Shown: piece after piece, positions 7,431-17,851 of the stretch
How positions within the stretch are numbered: the first letter of the stretch is position 1
How the letters are laid out: each line of letters starts with the position of its first letter
NCBI GenBank assembly: GCA_965648915.1
Contig: CBFGIV010000028.1
Span: 1 to 29,423, forward strand
Direction of reading: 5' to 3'
DNA: 29,423 nucleotides
Source of the DNA: a candidate division WOR-3 bacterium
GTDB lineage: Bacteria; Hydrothermota; Tepidihabitantia; SM23-42; CAYGYG01
Position numbers and translations under genes: made by a program
Notes under the pieces: model-generated
Seen by the model: the letters and a program-made list of their open reading frames with translations, nothing else
What the model was told of the DNA's origin: nothing
The model's database searches: none

Positions 7431-8972
7431 ATGATTGACAGCAGGACCAAAATTATGATTTTTAAGCGTGCCGAAAGGGTTGTAACGAGCGGGCTCGGAT
7501 TTGACTCAATAGTTGAACAATTGGTTGATCTACTGATTGAGGCAACTGGAGCCAGTAATTGTTCAGTATTTATTCGGGACGGAGAAGGGAATCTCATTCT
7601 TAAAACCAAACGGGGTGAATTGAATGAAGGATTGAAAAGGAAGTTTGCTGAATGGACGTACAAGACCGGAATTTATATATTTACTAACAATCCAGAGAAA
7701 GATTCGAAATTTAAGGAATGGGTTTACAATGAAAAGAATATAATAGTCTTTCCGATTTTACATAAGGAGGAGACGGTCGGCTGTGTTGAACTTTCAAATA
7801 AAGTAGATGGTTTTACAGACGAAGATCTTGAGATGACGGAGATATTCGCCTCGGATCTGGCCAGTGCCTATGAGAATTATCATCTCTATACCCAGATGAA
7901 CGATAAGATCAAAAGGCTGGAAGCGCTGATTGAGACCTCACTCCATTTCTCTCAAATTCTTGATCTCCATCGCCTCCTGGATATCATTATGCGTCGTGCT
8001 GAAGAGGTTATGGAGGCGGAGGCATCGTCGATCTTCCAGGTAGATGAGAAGAATCAGGAATTATATTTTGTCCTGGCCACCGGCACAAAGGCCCACGAGG
8101 TGAAAAAGATTAGAGTCCCTTTTGGTAAAGGGGTGGTGGGCTGGGTATATGAACACGGTGAATCCCTTCTTGTTCCCGATGTGAGTATCGACCCACGGTG
8201 GTATGGACTTGTTGATAAAGAAAGTAAGTTTGTGACCCGCTCGATCCTTGCGGTTCCGCTTAAAGTGAAAGACAAAACCATTGGCGTGGCTGAAGTATTG
8301 AACAAGAGAGGCGGCAGGAGTTTCAGTCAGGAAGATCTGGAATTATTTGAGGCGATGGGCAGGCAGATTGCGATTGCTCTTGAGAATGCAAATCTCTACC
8401 GGGAGCTCGACGAATTATTTATGTCTTCAATAAAATCGATTGTTGCAGCAATTGATGCTAAAGATCCTTATACTGAAGGTCATTCAAAACGGGTTGTTGA
8501 ATACAGCATGATGATTGCCAAAGGGATGAGTATGAGACTTGAGGAGCAGAAGCAAGTTGAACTTTCTTCAATCCTGCACGATGTCGGTAAGATTGGTATC
8601 CCGGACCGGATTCTCGGAAAGAAATCGATGCTGACCAAACGGGAACGTTCTTATATTGAAAAGCATCCGATTATGGGTGCAGAGATTATCAAGCCGATCG
8701 AAAAATTAAAGGACCTTGTGCCCAATATCCTGCACCATCACGAAAGATATGATGGCAATGGTTACCCCCTGGGTCTTAAAGGTTCAGAGATACCATTAAT
8801 TGCCCGGATTATCTGCGTTGCTGACTCCTTTGATGCAATGACTTCAGACCGTCCTTATCGGAAAGCCCTCCCGCTGGACCGGGCCCTGGGCGAAATTCGC
8901 GATTTTGCTGGCCGTCAGTTTGATCCCGAAGTCTCGTCCGTCTTCTTGCGTGAATATTCTAAGATGTTATGA
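7431..8972 (+). CDS. GAF-GAF-HD-GYP cyclic (di)nucleotide phosphodiesterase
   Basis: Two GAF domains with NK...F...D signatures; DAKDPYTEGHSKRV, LHDVGKIG, HHHERYDGNGYP, VADSFDAMTSDRPYR. Confidence 0.92.
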   Translation: MIDSRTKIMIFKRAERVVTSGLGFDSIVEQLVDLLIEATGASNCSVFIRDGEGNLILKTKRGELNEGLKRKFAEWTYKTGIYIFTNNPEKDSKFKEWVYNEKNIIVFPILHKEETVGCVELSNKVDGFTDEDLEMTEIFASDLASAYENYHLYTQMNDKIKRLEALIETSLHFSQILDLHRLLDIIMRRAEEVMEAEASSIFQVDEKNQELYFVLATGTKAHEVKKIRVPFGKGVVGWVYEHGESLLVPDVSIDPRWYGLVDKESKFVTRSILAVPLKVKDKTIGVAEVLNKRGGRSFSQEDLELFEAMGRQIAIALENANLYRELDELFMSSIKSIVAAIDAKDPYTEGHSKRVVEYSMMIAKGMSMRLEEQKQVELSSILHDVGKIGIPDRILGKKSMLTKRERSYIEKHPIMGAEIIKPIEKLKDLVPNILHHHERYDGNGYPLGLKGSEIPLIARIICVADSFDAMTSDRPYRKALPLDRALGEIRDFAGRQFDPEVSSVFLREYSKML

Positions 8973-10732
8973 GGTTGTTAAGCAATCTATTATTAGCCGT
9001 TTTATCATTCATCATTATTTTGCTCATATCGATCTACCAACCGCTCTATCTCGATTTTGAAAATAAGACTTATGATCTACGATACGGGTTAAAGGTCAGC
9101 AAAAAAAATTTTGAAGAAATAGTTATTGTTGATATTGATGCCAGGAGTCTTGAGAAGCTCGGTCGTTTCCAGAATTGGCCGAGGAGTAACTTTGCCCGGA
9201 TTATCAACTATCTTGATGAAGTAAAGGCACTGGGAGTTGACATCTTCTGGGGTGAATCCGATTCGCTCTCCCCTCAGATGAAAGAGGCGGTTGGACAGAG
9301 GCTTGATGCCCGGCAGTTGCCCAAACAGGAAATTTTTCCCCTTCTGTCGTTTGATCAGGATCTGGCATCGGCAATCAGAAATAATGGTAAGGTCATAATG
9401 GTTGCGTCGTATGAAGAAGGGAGAGTGCTGGAGCCACTAGAGATTTTTAAATCCGGCGCACGCGGTGTTGGATTGGGCACAGTGGTGCCGGATCTTGATG
9501 GCGTAGTCCGGAGAGCGACTCCGGTTTATAAATTATCGGAAGGGAGGAGTTATCCCGGTTTCGCCTATTTGATTGCCCGCTATGCTAATAGCCATCTTAA
9601 AATTGATACCAATCGTGTATATCAAATAGGTTATTTAGGTGAGGAGGGTAGTTTTCGGAGGATATCCTTTTATGATGTTCTCGAAGAACGAATACCAAAA
9701 GAATTTTTCAGAGATAAAATAGTGATTATCGGTGCTACAGCCCTTGGTCTCTTTGATAATAATCCGGCTCCCTTTGATCCAATCTTTCCCGGGGTGGAAC
9801 TTCATGCCAATCTAATATACGACTATCTTTATAATTATTTTATAAAGGGATCACCCTGCTATCTGACTCTCCTGACTATCTTTATTTTGATCGTTATCAC
9901 CGTTGTCTTATTTGCTTATCTTAAACCCTGGACCGGTGGGGTTTTACTTGTTTTTGTCTATATTGTTTTTCTAATCATCAACCATTTTTTCTTTACGAGG
10001 AATCTCTGGCTTGAAATAGTCCGACCGACCTACGGGATAATTGTTGCGGTAATTGCCACCCTTGGTTACCGATTTCTCTTTGAGGAAAAGCAGAAGAAGA
10101 TAATTAAAGATATGTTCGGTCGTTATGTTTCAAAAGATGTGGTTGAATTCCTTGTCAATAATCCACCGGCGCTCGGTGGTAAAAGGGTTGAGGCGACTGT
10201 ACTCTTTGCCGACATCAGAAATTTTACAACCCTTTCCGAGAAGTTATCACCTGAGGCGATCGTCAAGATCTTGAATGACTATTTTTCGTTGGTGACCAGG
10301 GATATTCATGCAAATCGCGGCATGGTTGATAAATTTATTGGTGATGGCATTATGGCGGTTTTTGGTGTTCCGGTTTTTTATCCTGATCATGCCCTGATGG
10401 CGGTAAAGACCGCACTAAGAATGAAGGTCAGAATTGAGGAACTGCAGGAAAAATATCCGATAAGGGTTGGCATCGGAATAAATTCCGGGTTGATGATTTG
10501 TGGCAATATTGGGTCGCATGACCGAATGGACTATACGGTTATTGGTGATAGTGTCAATCAGGCGGCAAGGCTTGAGGCACTGACCAAAGAATTTAATGCC
10601 CAGATTATAATAAGTGAATCGACCTATGAGAAAGTGAAAGATCATATTGAAGCACGCGACCTTGGCTGGGTCCGAGTCAAAGGCAAGGAACAGGAGATTC
10701 ATATCTATGAGGTGTTGGCTTTAAAGGGTTAG
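8969..10732 (+). CDS. CHASE2-domain class III adenylate/guanylate cyclase
   Basis: CHASE2 motifs IVIVDID, WPRS, DLDGVVRR, PGVELHA; three TM helices; cyclase motifs LFADIRNFT, DKFIGDGIMA, YTVIGDSVNQAARLE, VKGK. ATGA overlap with upstream gene. Confidence 0.92.
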   Translation: MRLLSNLLLAVLSFIIILLISIYQPLYLDFENKTYDLRYGLKVSKKNFEEIVIVDIDARSLEKLGRFQNWPRSNFARIINYLDEVKALGVDIFWGESDSLSPQMKEAVGQRLDARQLPKQEIFPLLSFDQDLASAIRNNGKVIMVASYEEGRVLEPLEIFKSGARGVGLGTVVPDLDGVVRRATPVYKLSEGRSYPGFAYLIARYANSHLKIDTNRVYQIGYLGEEGSFRRISFYDVLEERIPKEFFRDKIVIIGATALGLFDNNPAPFDPIFPGVELHANLIYDYLYNYFIKGSPCYLTLLTIFILIVITVVLFAYLKPWTGGVLLVFVYIVFLIINHFFFTRNLWLEIVRPTYGIIVAVIATLGYRFLFEEKQKKIIKDMFGRYVSKDVVEFLVNNPPALGGKRVEATVLFADIRNFTTLSEKLSPEAIVKILNDYFSLVTRDIHANRGMVDKFIGDGIMAVFGVPVFYPDHALMAVKTALRMKVRIEELQEKYPIRVGIGINSGLMICGNIGSHDRMDYTVIGDSVNQAARLEALTKEFNAQIIISESTYEKVKDHIEARDLGWVRVKGKEQEIHIYEVLALKG

Positions 10733-10734
10733 AA

Positions 10735-11427
10735 ATGAAGGATATCAACATCAATATCTACCAGGGCCCAATCGATTTACTTCTCTATCTTGTACAGCGC
10801 AAGGAGGTTGATATCTTCGATATTCCGATCGCGCAGATCACAAACGAGTACTTAAATTACATCAAATCTCTGAAAGATATCGATTTTGCTAACTGCGGTG
10901 ACTTTATCCTCATGGCTACGATTCTGGTGCGGATGAAAATTCAGGCGCTCCTGCCTTCAAGCCGGGAAGAGGGTGGGGAAGATGTCTTGCAACCAATTGC
11001 TCTCGATCAGATAATTGAAGAGTATAATAAATATAAACAGATGGTCGATCTTTTTGCCCGGATGGAGGTAACCAGCGGTCATCAATTTGCCCGGCCCGGG
11101 ACAAAGCCATCGGATGAGGAGCTGTTAGAGTTTGATTCGGCTCTGCTGACGATGCTTTTGAAGGAGATCAGGACGCGGCGGACCGAGAAAGTTTACATTG
11201 TTGAACGAGAAACGGTCTCGATCGAGGAGATGATAAAAATTCTATCTGATAACCTGACACGGGATAAAGAGATAAATCTTATCCAGTTTTTATTATCACA
11301 GGATTCGATAACCAAAATTATTACTCTATTTATAGGCGCGCTTGAACTGGTGCGACTGGGTGAGGCCCGGATAAGACAGGAGCGACCGTTTGGTGAAATT
11401 ATTCTCGCCTTGAGGGAAGAGAAATGA
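10735..11427 (+). CDS. scpA: Segregation and condensation protein A
   Basis: YQGPIDLLLYLV...DIFDIPIAQITNEYL, FILMATILVRMK..LLP, FIGALELVR...QERPFGEI. Confidence 0.92.
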   Translation: MKDININIYQGPIDLLLYLVQRKEVDIFDIPIAQITNEYLNYIKSLKDIDFANCGDFILMATILVRMKIQALLPSSREEGGEDVLQPIALDQIIEEYNKYKQMVDLFARMEVTSGHQFARPGTKPSDEELLEFDSALLTMLLKEIRTRRTEKVYIVERETVSIEEMIKILSDNLTRDKEINLIQFLLSQDSITKIITLFIGALELVRLGEARIRQERPFGEIILALREEK

Positions 11428-12557
11428 TAATGTTGATATTTCTGATAAATATCCTTGAGCCCGAGGATGCCAATCTTTATTATTATATGGATCGGATGCT
11501 GTTCTGTTATCCCGATCGGTGGGAATTTTTTTACGACTCAGCATCGGTCGGTATGAGAACTTTCCAGGGCTGTCATGAATTGAAGACCTGGTATATTGAT
11601 TTAAAGGCTAAGGCAGAGGCCTCTTTAAGTCAATGGCTCGGTATCCGCTACCGGTATAGAATGCTGGCTGATTATCTCCATCAAGAAAATCTTCATCGTT
11701 TCGAACCGAGTATTAAATTAGAGAAAGATCTGGCACTGCTATTTATGATTGTCCCCTATTATCATAAAGGGAATGATGAATTTGGCATCGGTCTTTCTAA
11801 GGGGACTGATGATCTCAACTCGATCGAGGCTTTTTTTATCTTGCGTTCGATTGATAATAATTATTCACTTAAGGATACTCCGGATGGTCCGGATAAGAAA
11901 GTTTATAAGACCTTTCCTTTTTATGGGACTTTTAAATGCGGAAGGAGATGGACTAATGGTTATTTTAAGGGCTACTTTGAGAAATCGAACACCTCTCACT
12001 TGGTCAGCCGTTCCGCACCGGGGCGGTGTTACTGGTTACAGGAACAGAGGAATTTTACCAATTTAGATGTGAGATTCTTAAACTCTTATGGACGATTTGA
12101 GTTCGGTGGCGATTTCCATCTAAGTGAGATAAATTGTAAGACAATTGATAGAAATATAAGGCCAACCTGGTTCGGGGATACACTACTTGAGATTGCATTT
12201 CAACCTAAGATCGGTTTCGTTCTCAGTTCAAAATGGAAACCGGTCTTTTACTATTATTTAGATAATAAAAGGGCTGATGACACAGTCCGTTATCGGCGTG
12301 CGGGTAATGCCCAGCATTTAGATTTTGAATTTTCTCCGACCAGGAAGATCCTCTGGCATTTTGGGTTTCAACGCCAGTGGATTAATATTATGAGGGAAGA
12401 TTTAAGAATCGAATATCGCTTTTTAGTCGGTTTTGAATATACTTTTTCCCGAGGGATGTTTATAATCTGGGAAGGAATTGAAGCCGATCCTGCTGATGTG
12501 ACTAAGATAAATCGTCTCCACAATCATACTTATGTCGGGCTGACGATGAGATTTTGA
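11424..12557 (+). CDS. Hypothetical protein, probable outer-membrane beta-barrel
   Basis: Short hydrophobic N-terminus; alternating aromatic strands; C-terminus TYVGLTMRF ends in Phe. Confidence 0.6.
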   Translation: MIMLIFLINILEPEDANLYYYMDRMLFCYPDRWEFFYDSASVGMRTFQGCHELKTWYIDLKAKAEASLSQWLGIRYRYRMLADYLHQENLHRFEPSIKLEKDLALLFMIVPYYHKGNDEFGIGLSKGTDDLNSIEAFFILRSIDNNYSLKDTPDGPDKKVYKTFPFYGTFKCGRRWTNGYFKGYFEKSNTSHLVSRSAPGRCYWLQEQRNFTNLDVRFLNSYGRFEFGGDFHLSEINCKTIDRNIRPTWFGDTLLEIAFQPKIGFVLSSKWKPVFYYYLDNKRADDTVRYRRAGNAQHLDFEFSPTRKILWHFGFQRQWINIMREDLRIEYRFLVGFEYTFSRGMFIIWEGIEADPADVTKINRLHNHTYVGLTMRF

Positions 12558-12591
12558 AATTATTTTACAGAAGTTGCAATATTATTTATCT

Positions 12592-13416
12592 TTATCTCTG
12601 GCATCCAGGGCAGTAGCGCGATCCACGATTGCCTAATTTTATAATTTTGATTATTGCACCACACCGGTGGCATTTTTCTCCCTCGCGACCATAAACCGAT
12701 AGTAAATTCTGGAATTTACCGGTCTGGCCGTCGGTGCGATAATAGTCCCGGACTGAAGTTCCCAGGTTTTTAATGCCCTGCTTGAGCACACTCTTTAATG
12801 CGGTGATCAGTTTCAAAACTTCGTTGCTGGATAATGTTGATGCCCGACGGGTAGGTCTGATCCCGGCTTGAAATAATGCCTCGTCCGAATAGATATTGCC
12901 GACCCCCGCAGCAATCCGCTGGTCGAGCAAGAGCGATTTGATACAGGCTTTACGATTGGCGATGATGTTCTGAAGATAATCGAGGTCAAAATTTCTGGCA
13001 ATCGGTTCCCGTCCCAGGGTAAAAAAACCTTTGAGGACTTCGGGTCGGCAGTTTTCTCTAATCAGGTATACTCGACCCAGCAGTCTCGGTTCGGTAAAAT
13101 GGAGGATTCGGTTATTACTCAGAAAAAATTGAATTCTTGAGTATCTGGGTTTGGAAGAGCGATCAGTAATGATGAGACTGCCGGAAAGTCTTAGATGAAA
13201 GATTAATTGTTGTTGGTTGCTTAATTTGAAAATAAGGTATTTGGCCTTGCGTACAATATCTTCGATCTCAGTCTGTCTTAAGATTTTAACAAATTGCTCG
13301 GGCTCAGGATAACCGATTATCTCAGGGCGCAAGATTATGACTTTTATAATCTTTATCCCGATTAGTTGAGTCAGAAGTTCTCTTTTTATTGTTTCAACTT
13401 CAGGTAGTTCTGGCAT
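12592..13416 (-). CDS. mutM: Formamidopyrimidine-DNA glycosylase (Fpg)
   Basis: MPELPEVET start, RKAKYL, HLRLSG, LLLDQRIAAGVGNIYSDEALF, zinc finger CHRC...CPGCQ. Confidence 0.97.
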   Translation of the reverse strand: MPELPEVETIKRELLTQLIGIKIIKVIILRPEIIGYPEPEQFVKILRQTEIEDIVRKAKYLIFKLSNQQQLIFHLRLSGSLIITDRSSKPRYSRIQFFLSNNRILHFTEPRLLGRVYLIRENCRPEVLKGFFTLGREPIARNFDLDYLQNIIANRKACIKSLLLDQRIAAGVGNIYSDEALFQAGIRPTRRASTLSSNEVLKLITALKSVLKQGIKNLGTSVRDYYRTDGQTGKFQNLLSVYGREGEKCHRCGAIIKIIKLGNRGSRYCPGCQR

Positions 13417-13423
13417 CAAACAG

Positions 13424-15724
13424 TTACTTCTTTTTCCACCAGTCTTTTAATTTTTTCTTGATCTTTTCGATTTCTTTTTTCGTTTCATCTTCAATCTTCT
13501 TTTCGAGCCTTTTTTTGATTTTTTCGTTATCGAGTTTAAATTGAGGGGCAGCCAGGGTTCCGGTTGCAAGGATATCGACAATGATTCGTCCGGTTTCGTC
13601 CGTATAGAAGAGCCAATCACCATGCACCGATTTAAACTTCGTGCTGGCCTCTTTACTTAATTTGAGGTTTATCTTATAGTCGACATCACCGTCAAAACCG
13701 AGCGAACCGAAGATTAAAAAGTCACCGATACGTGTGGCACAGATAAGGTCGTCAAATCTGACCCTTCCATTCTGAATCTTGAATTCAGTTCCAAGGTCTT
13801 CAAAATTCAAGGTCTTTGATTCGCCGAGGGCGAGCCAGCTTAAGAGCTTGGTCGTGAAATTGCAATTGACAAATGCACCTTGTCTTAACACTGCATGACC
13901 ATTAGCGGTGAAGGTGGTTTTCATATCACGGGGGGAGAAACCGCTGCCACTGAATACTCCCCGGCCATTCATTTTGCCGGTCAGCCCTTCAAAATTGGCA
14001 AATTGCTTGAGTATTAGATTGGCCTCAACGTTATTAACTGAGACATTGATTTGGTGTTTTACTGGAGTCGAGTTAAAATCAAAATCGGCTTCGCCGGCGA
14101 CTTGCCCGTTATAGGCATCAAAAGAGGTGCTCCTGATCAAAAGAATGCCATCATTGTATAGCACATTTACCCGGGCTTTGGTAGATTGGATGTTATAAAA
14201 AGTCAAGTTGTTGATATCTAACCTGGCCTGTAATGTTAGTGCCGGGGGTTTACCTTGACTGCTACTGCTTTTTTGCGGGATAAGAATTTCGTCAAAATTG
14301 AATCGTTCAGAAGTTCCGGTAATTTCAATTTTTGGTTTTTTAAAATTGGTGACTTTACCTTTAGTTCTTAAATCCGACTGGGTAACTTTAAGGGACGCTT
14401 CTTTTATCAATACGGTATCATTTTTGAAATCACAGTTTATATTTATATCGGTGATTGGTTTGATACCACCCGGGTTGTTTATCTGCCCATTAATTAGCGA
14501 GGCAGAACCGACATAGCGAAGATTTTTATCTCGGCCCACAACTTTTATATTACTTGAAATACTCCCACCAATACCGAGTTTTTCTATTTCCGGAAAAGAT
14601 CCGCGCAACTCAGTTAGATTACCATCGATACTGAGATTGAGATTTAATCTGGGCCGGGCGAGAGTGTCGATGTTGCCGGTCATCTTTAAATGCATATTAC
14701 CAGCCATTCCGTTTATCTTAATATCGCGAATCTGCTCACGATTGAAACTGAAACCACCATAAATTTTATCGATTGTGACCTTGGTCGGGTGATAACTTAC
14801 TGAGACATCGCTCAGTTCTGCCACTCCTTCAAGATCAGGATTACTGACAGGGCCGATAATCTGAAAGCTGACACCAAAACCACCTTTGATTTTAAGTCGA
14901 TTTGCCAGTTGGCGATTGAGCAAGGAAATTATCCGATCAAAATCAGTAAGATGCAGTTTCCCGCTTAAGTTCAATTCGTTAAAATTACTGATATCGCCAT
15001 TCAGTGCTAAGGTTAAAGGAGGCCAGGCAAGATCGAGGGCCTGGACTGATATTCTCTTATCGCCGGGGCTAATTTTTAAGTTGTTGTTTATCTTGAAATA
15101 GAATGTACCGAGTTCCTTGTTGGGAGGAAAGATCTCGAGGTCGGCTAAACCCGAGATACCGATTGTATTTGGTATGAATATTACTTCTTGCTTGATGTTG
15201 CTCAAGAGCATTCGGGTTTGCGAAACCGAATCACGGAAGTCAACAATGGCATCCCGGATATCAATTCGGTCAAGTGACCATTGCCAGGGTTTAGGCTTTT
15301 TGTCCAGGGGTTTTATGGATGAATCCTGAGTAAATGACGGTAGATTATAATTATGGTTCTTATCCCGTTCAATCAGCAGGCGGGCTTCTTGAATCATAAT
15401 CTCATTGACTACAATCATTTTTTTGAACAAGGACATCAATTGGAGTGAAAACTGGGCAGTGTTGATCTGAAGCATGGGTTCATTTGAGAAACCGGTAGCA
15501 TTGGCTATTTTGACATCATGAATTTCAATCTTTAGTCCCCAACCCAATCTAATTCTGATTCGCCCCAGTTCAACTTCGCGTTTTATTGCCTGGGAGAGGC
15601 TTTTTTCGGCCAAGAAACGAATCTGCTTTTCATTCAGAGTCAGGCGGATAGTAACATAAAAGAGAATGAAGCAAAGAATTAAGACGGAGAGGACAAAGAT
15701 TAATATCTTTAAAAATCGGCGCAT
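13424..15724 (-). CDS. AsmA family protein
   Basis: N-terminal TM anchor, AsmA-like N-terminus (LSQAIKREVELG), long beta-rich body, C-terminal GTLAAPQF and charged helix. Confidence 0.8.
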   Translation of the reverse strand: MRRFLKILIFVLSVLILCFILFYVTIRLTLNEKQIRFLAEKSLSQAIKREVELGRIRIRLGWGLKIEIHDVKIANATGFSNEPMLQINTAQFSLQLMSLFKKMIVVNEIMIQEARLLIERDKNHNYNLPSFTQDSSIKPLDKKPKPWQWSLDRIDIRDAIVDFRDSVSQTRMLLSNIKQEVIFIPNTIGISGLADLEIFPPNKELGTFYFKINNNLKISPGDKRISVQALDLAWPPLTLALNGDISNFNELNLSGKLHLTDFDRIISLLNRQLANRLKIKGGFGVSFQIIGPVSNPDLEGVAELSDVSVSYHPTKVTIDKIYGGFSFNREQIRDIKINGMAGNMHLKMTGNIDTLARPRLNLNLSIDGNLTELRGSFPEIEKLGIGGSISSNIKVVGRDKNLRYVGSASLINGQINNPGGIKPITDININCDFKNDTVLIKEASLKVTQSDLRTKGKVTNFKKPKIEITGTSERFNFDEILIPQKSSSSQGKPPALTLQARLDINNLTFYNIQSTKARVNVLYNDGILLIRSTSFDAYNGQVAGEADFDFNSTPVKHQINVSVNNVEANLILKQFANFEGLTGKMNGRGVFSGSGFSPRDMKTTFTANGHAVLRQGAFVNCNFTTKLLSWLALGESKTLNFEDLGTEFKIQNGRVRFDDLICATRIGDFLIFGSLGFDGDVDYKINLKLSKEASTKFKSVHGDWLFYTDETGRIIVDILATGTLAAPQFKLDNEKIKKRLEKKIEDETKKEIEKIKKKLKDWWKKK

Positions 15725-15739
15725 ATTACTCCTTTGATG

Positions 15740-16360
15740 TTAAACAAATATTTCGTCACTGATTAAGAGTTTACCGATAAGATTAACGATAGCCTGGATA
15801 TAACCCCATAAGACACCGGCCCCGGTTATTTGATCCAAAAGGATTATGATCAAGATAATGTATGGTCCAAATCGTTCAAAGGAAAGTTGATAGAGCCGGA
15901 AGGGACGGGGTAGCAAGGAAAAGAGGATTTTTGAGCCATCCAGTGGTGGGACCGGCAGAAGATTGAAGGCGAAGAGAATAATATTAAATAGGTAGATAGT
16001 GAAGATAATTCGGGCAATAAGAGTTGAGGTTGGAGAAGAGGATAAGATAAGGCGCAATAATAATGCAAAGGGGATGGCAAGCAGAAGATTTGAGATCGGT
16101 CCTGCTAAACTTACCAGAGCTTCATCCCGACGCGGATTTCGAAAATAGAATGAGTTGATAGGCACTGGTTTGGCCCAGCCGATGCGGGCGAAGAGCAGGG
16201 CAATAAAACCAAGGATGTCAATATGTTTTAACGGATTGAGAGTCAATCGGCCGGCGAGTCGGGCGGTCGGGTCACCCAATTTAAGCGCAACAAAGGCATG
16301 GGCATATTCGTGGATAGTTATCGCAATTATGATTGCCGGGAGATTAAAGATGATTTCCAT
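15740..16360 (-). CDS. Site-2 protease family (M50) membrane metalloprotease
   Basis: HEYAH, GDPTARLAGRLTLNPLKHID, GWAKPVP, VSLAGP, FNLLPVPPLDGSKIL. Confidence 0.93.
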   Translation of the reverse strand: MEIIFNLPAIIIAITIHEYAHAFVALKLGDPTARLAGRLTLNPLKHIDILGFIALLFARIGWAKPVPINSFYFRNPRRDEALVSLAGPISNLLLAIPFALLLRLILSSSPTSTLIARIIFTIYLFNIILFAFNLLPVPPLDGSKILFSLLPRPFRLYQLSFERFGPYIILIIILLDQITGAGVLWGYIQAIVNLIGKLLISDEIFV

Positions 16361-17538
16361 TTTAATCTTTCAAACCAAATTATTGCTTCTTTTCTACCTC
16401 GAATTCTTTTATCCAGCTGTGCAGCATAAAGCCGTTTCAGGATATAATGATAACTTCGCCCCGCGGGGAGATGAAATTTGACCAGGTCTTTACCCGTAAT
16501 AAAAGGCTTTGTCTCTTTTATCCGGTTGTAAATGCTGATTTTCCGTTTTATGCCGTTTGAACCAATGTCATAAAGTATTCCGATTGTTTGATCAAGTTTC
16601 TGACTGAGGATAAAGAATATCTGACTTTTCGTTCTTGCTCGTTTCAGTCGATAGATGATCTGAGTGATTGTCTTTATTTCGTTGATGATCTTCTGTTCAG
16701 TCTTTGATAATGGGATAGACGAACGATAACTATCCCTTATTGAGGCCAGAAGGTAGAGGAGTCTATTTCTTTTGATTTTCATTAAAAATTTTGTCTTCGA
16801 ATCTGATAAATGGACCAGATTAAAATTTCTTAATTCGGCCAGTATCTCTCTCCATTTTTTTTCATTCATAATTAAAATTAATTCATTTTTTATTCTTTCC
16901 CCTGAGAGAAGAAGATGGTATCCATTCTTTATCGCTTCATTCATCAATTGTCTGGTTTTGTCTTCGATCTTAAATCCGAGCCGGATTTTATAACGTAATA
17001 ATCGGAAGAGCCGGGTTGGATCATCCTGGAAACTTTTATTATGGATAACTCTTAAGATTCTTCGCTTAATGTCTCCCACACCATTGAAGGGGTCAATAAT
17101 TCGACCGAAGTCGTCCTTATTTAAACTCACCGCAATTGAATTTATTGTAAAGTCTCTTCGGAAGAGATCCCACAGGAGATTCGATGGTAAGACAGTTGGT
17201 AAGTGAGCGGGTTGCGGATAGAATTCACTGCGCATTTGTGAAAAGTCGATACGGAGACCATTTTTGAGGAAGAGTGATGCGGTCAGGAATTGGGGATACT
17301 GGATTATGCGGGCGTTGGTTACTTGAGCCAGATTCTTGATGAACCGACCGGGGGGAGAAAAAGTTGCAATATCGTAATCGATAATCTTCCGCTTCAATAA
17401 TATATCGCGCACCGCTCCACCAACTAAAAAAGATTTAATATTATCTCTTTGTAGATATCTGATAATCTTGATAGGCAAACTGTCCCCTAAAGAACGCAGT
17501 TGGCCGTATTTACCGCTCAATCTATTTACCCGGTCCAT
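16327..17538 (-). CDS. Class II tRNA nucleotidyltransferase (CCA/A-adding family)
   Basis: VGGAVRD...DYDIA, DLFRRDFTINSIA, IDPFNGVGDI, FQDDPTRLFR, SGERIKNEL, ITGKDL. Confidence 0.9.
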   Translation of the reverse strand: MDRVNRLSGKYGQLRSLGDSLPIKIIRYLQRDNIKSFLVGGAVRDILLKRKIIDYDIATFSPPGRFIKNLAQVTNARIIQYPQFLTASLFLKNGLRIDFSQMRSEFYPQPAHLPTVLPSNLLWDLFRRDFTINSIAVSLNKDDFGRIIDPFNGVGDIKRRILRVIHNKSFQDDPTRLFRLLRYKIRLGFKIEDKTRQLMNEAIKNGYHLLLSGERIKNELILIMNEKKWREILAELRNFNLVHLSDSKTKFLMKIKRNRLLYLLASIRDSYRSSIPLSKTEQKIINEIKTITQIIYRLKRARTKSQIFFILSQKLDQTIGILYDIGSNGIKRKISIYNRIKETKPFITGKDLVKFHLPAGRSYHYILKRLYAAQLDKRIRGRKEAIIWFERLKWKSSLISRQS

Positions 17539-17544
17539 TATTAA

Positions 17545-17832
17545 TCATTTAAACCCCATCTCCCGTTCTTCACGACCGAAGACTTTGATTTTGCCAAATT
17601 TCTCCTCAAACTTCTTTATATTATCATCAAGGGCGTCAAGCAACAATCTGGCGTGCTGGGGAGTCATAACAATTCGGGCGAATACCTTGGCTTTGGGTAG
17701 GCCGGGCAGGATACGGGCAAAATCTAATATAAACTCTGAAGCGGAATGGGCAATCAGAACAAAATTTGAGTAGATACCCTCTGATTCTTTTTCACCTATT
17801 TCAACATTAATTGGAGATTTTGGTTCTTCCAT
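17545..17832 (-). CDS. DUF3467 domain protein
   Basis: EGIYSNFVLIAHSASEFILDFA...ARIVMTPQHARLLLDAL...FEEKFGKI; AAGGAG RBS. Confidence 0.88.
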   Translation of the reverse strand: MEEPKSPINVEIGEKESEGIYSNFVLIAHSASEFILDFARILPGLPKAKVFARIVMTPQHARLLLDALDDNIKKFEEKFGKIKVFGREEREMGFK

Positions 17833-17851
17833 AATTAACTCCTTGTTTTAT

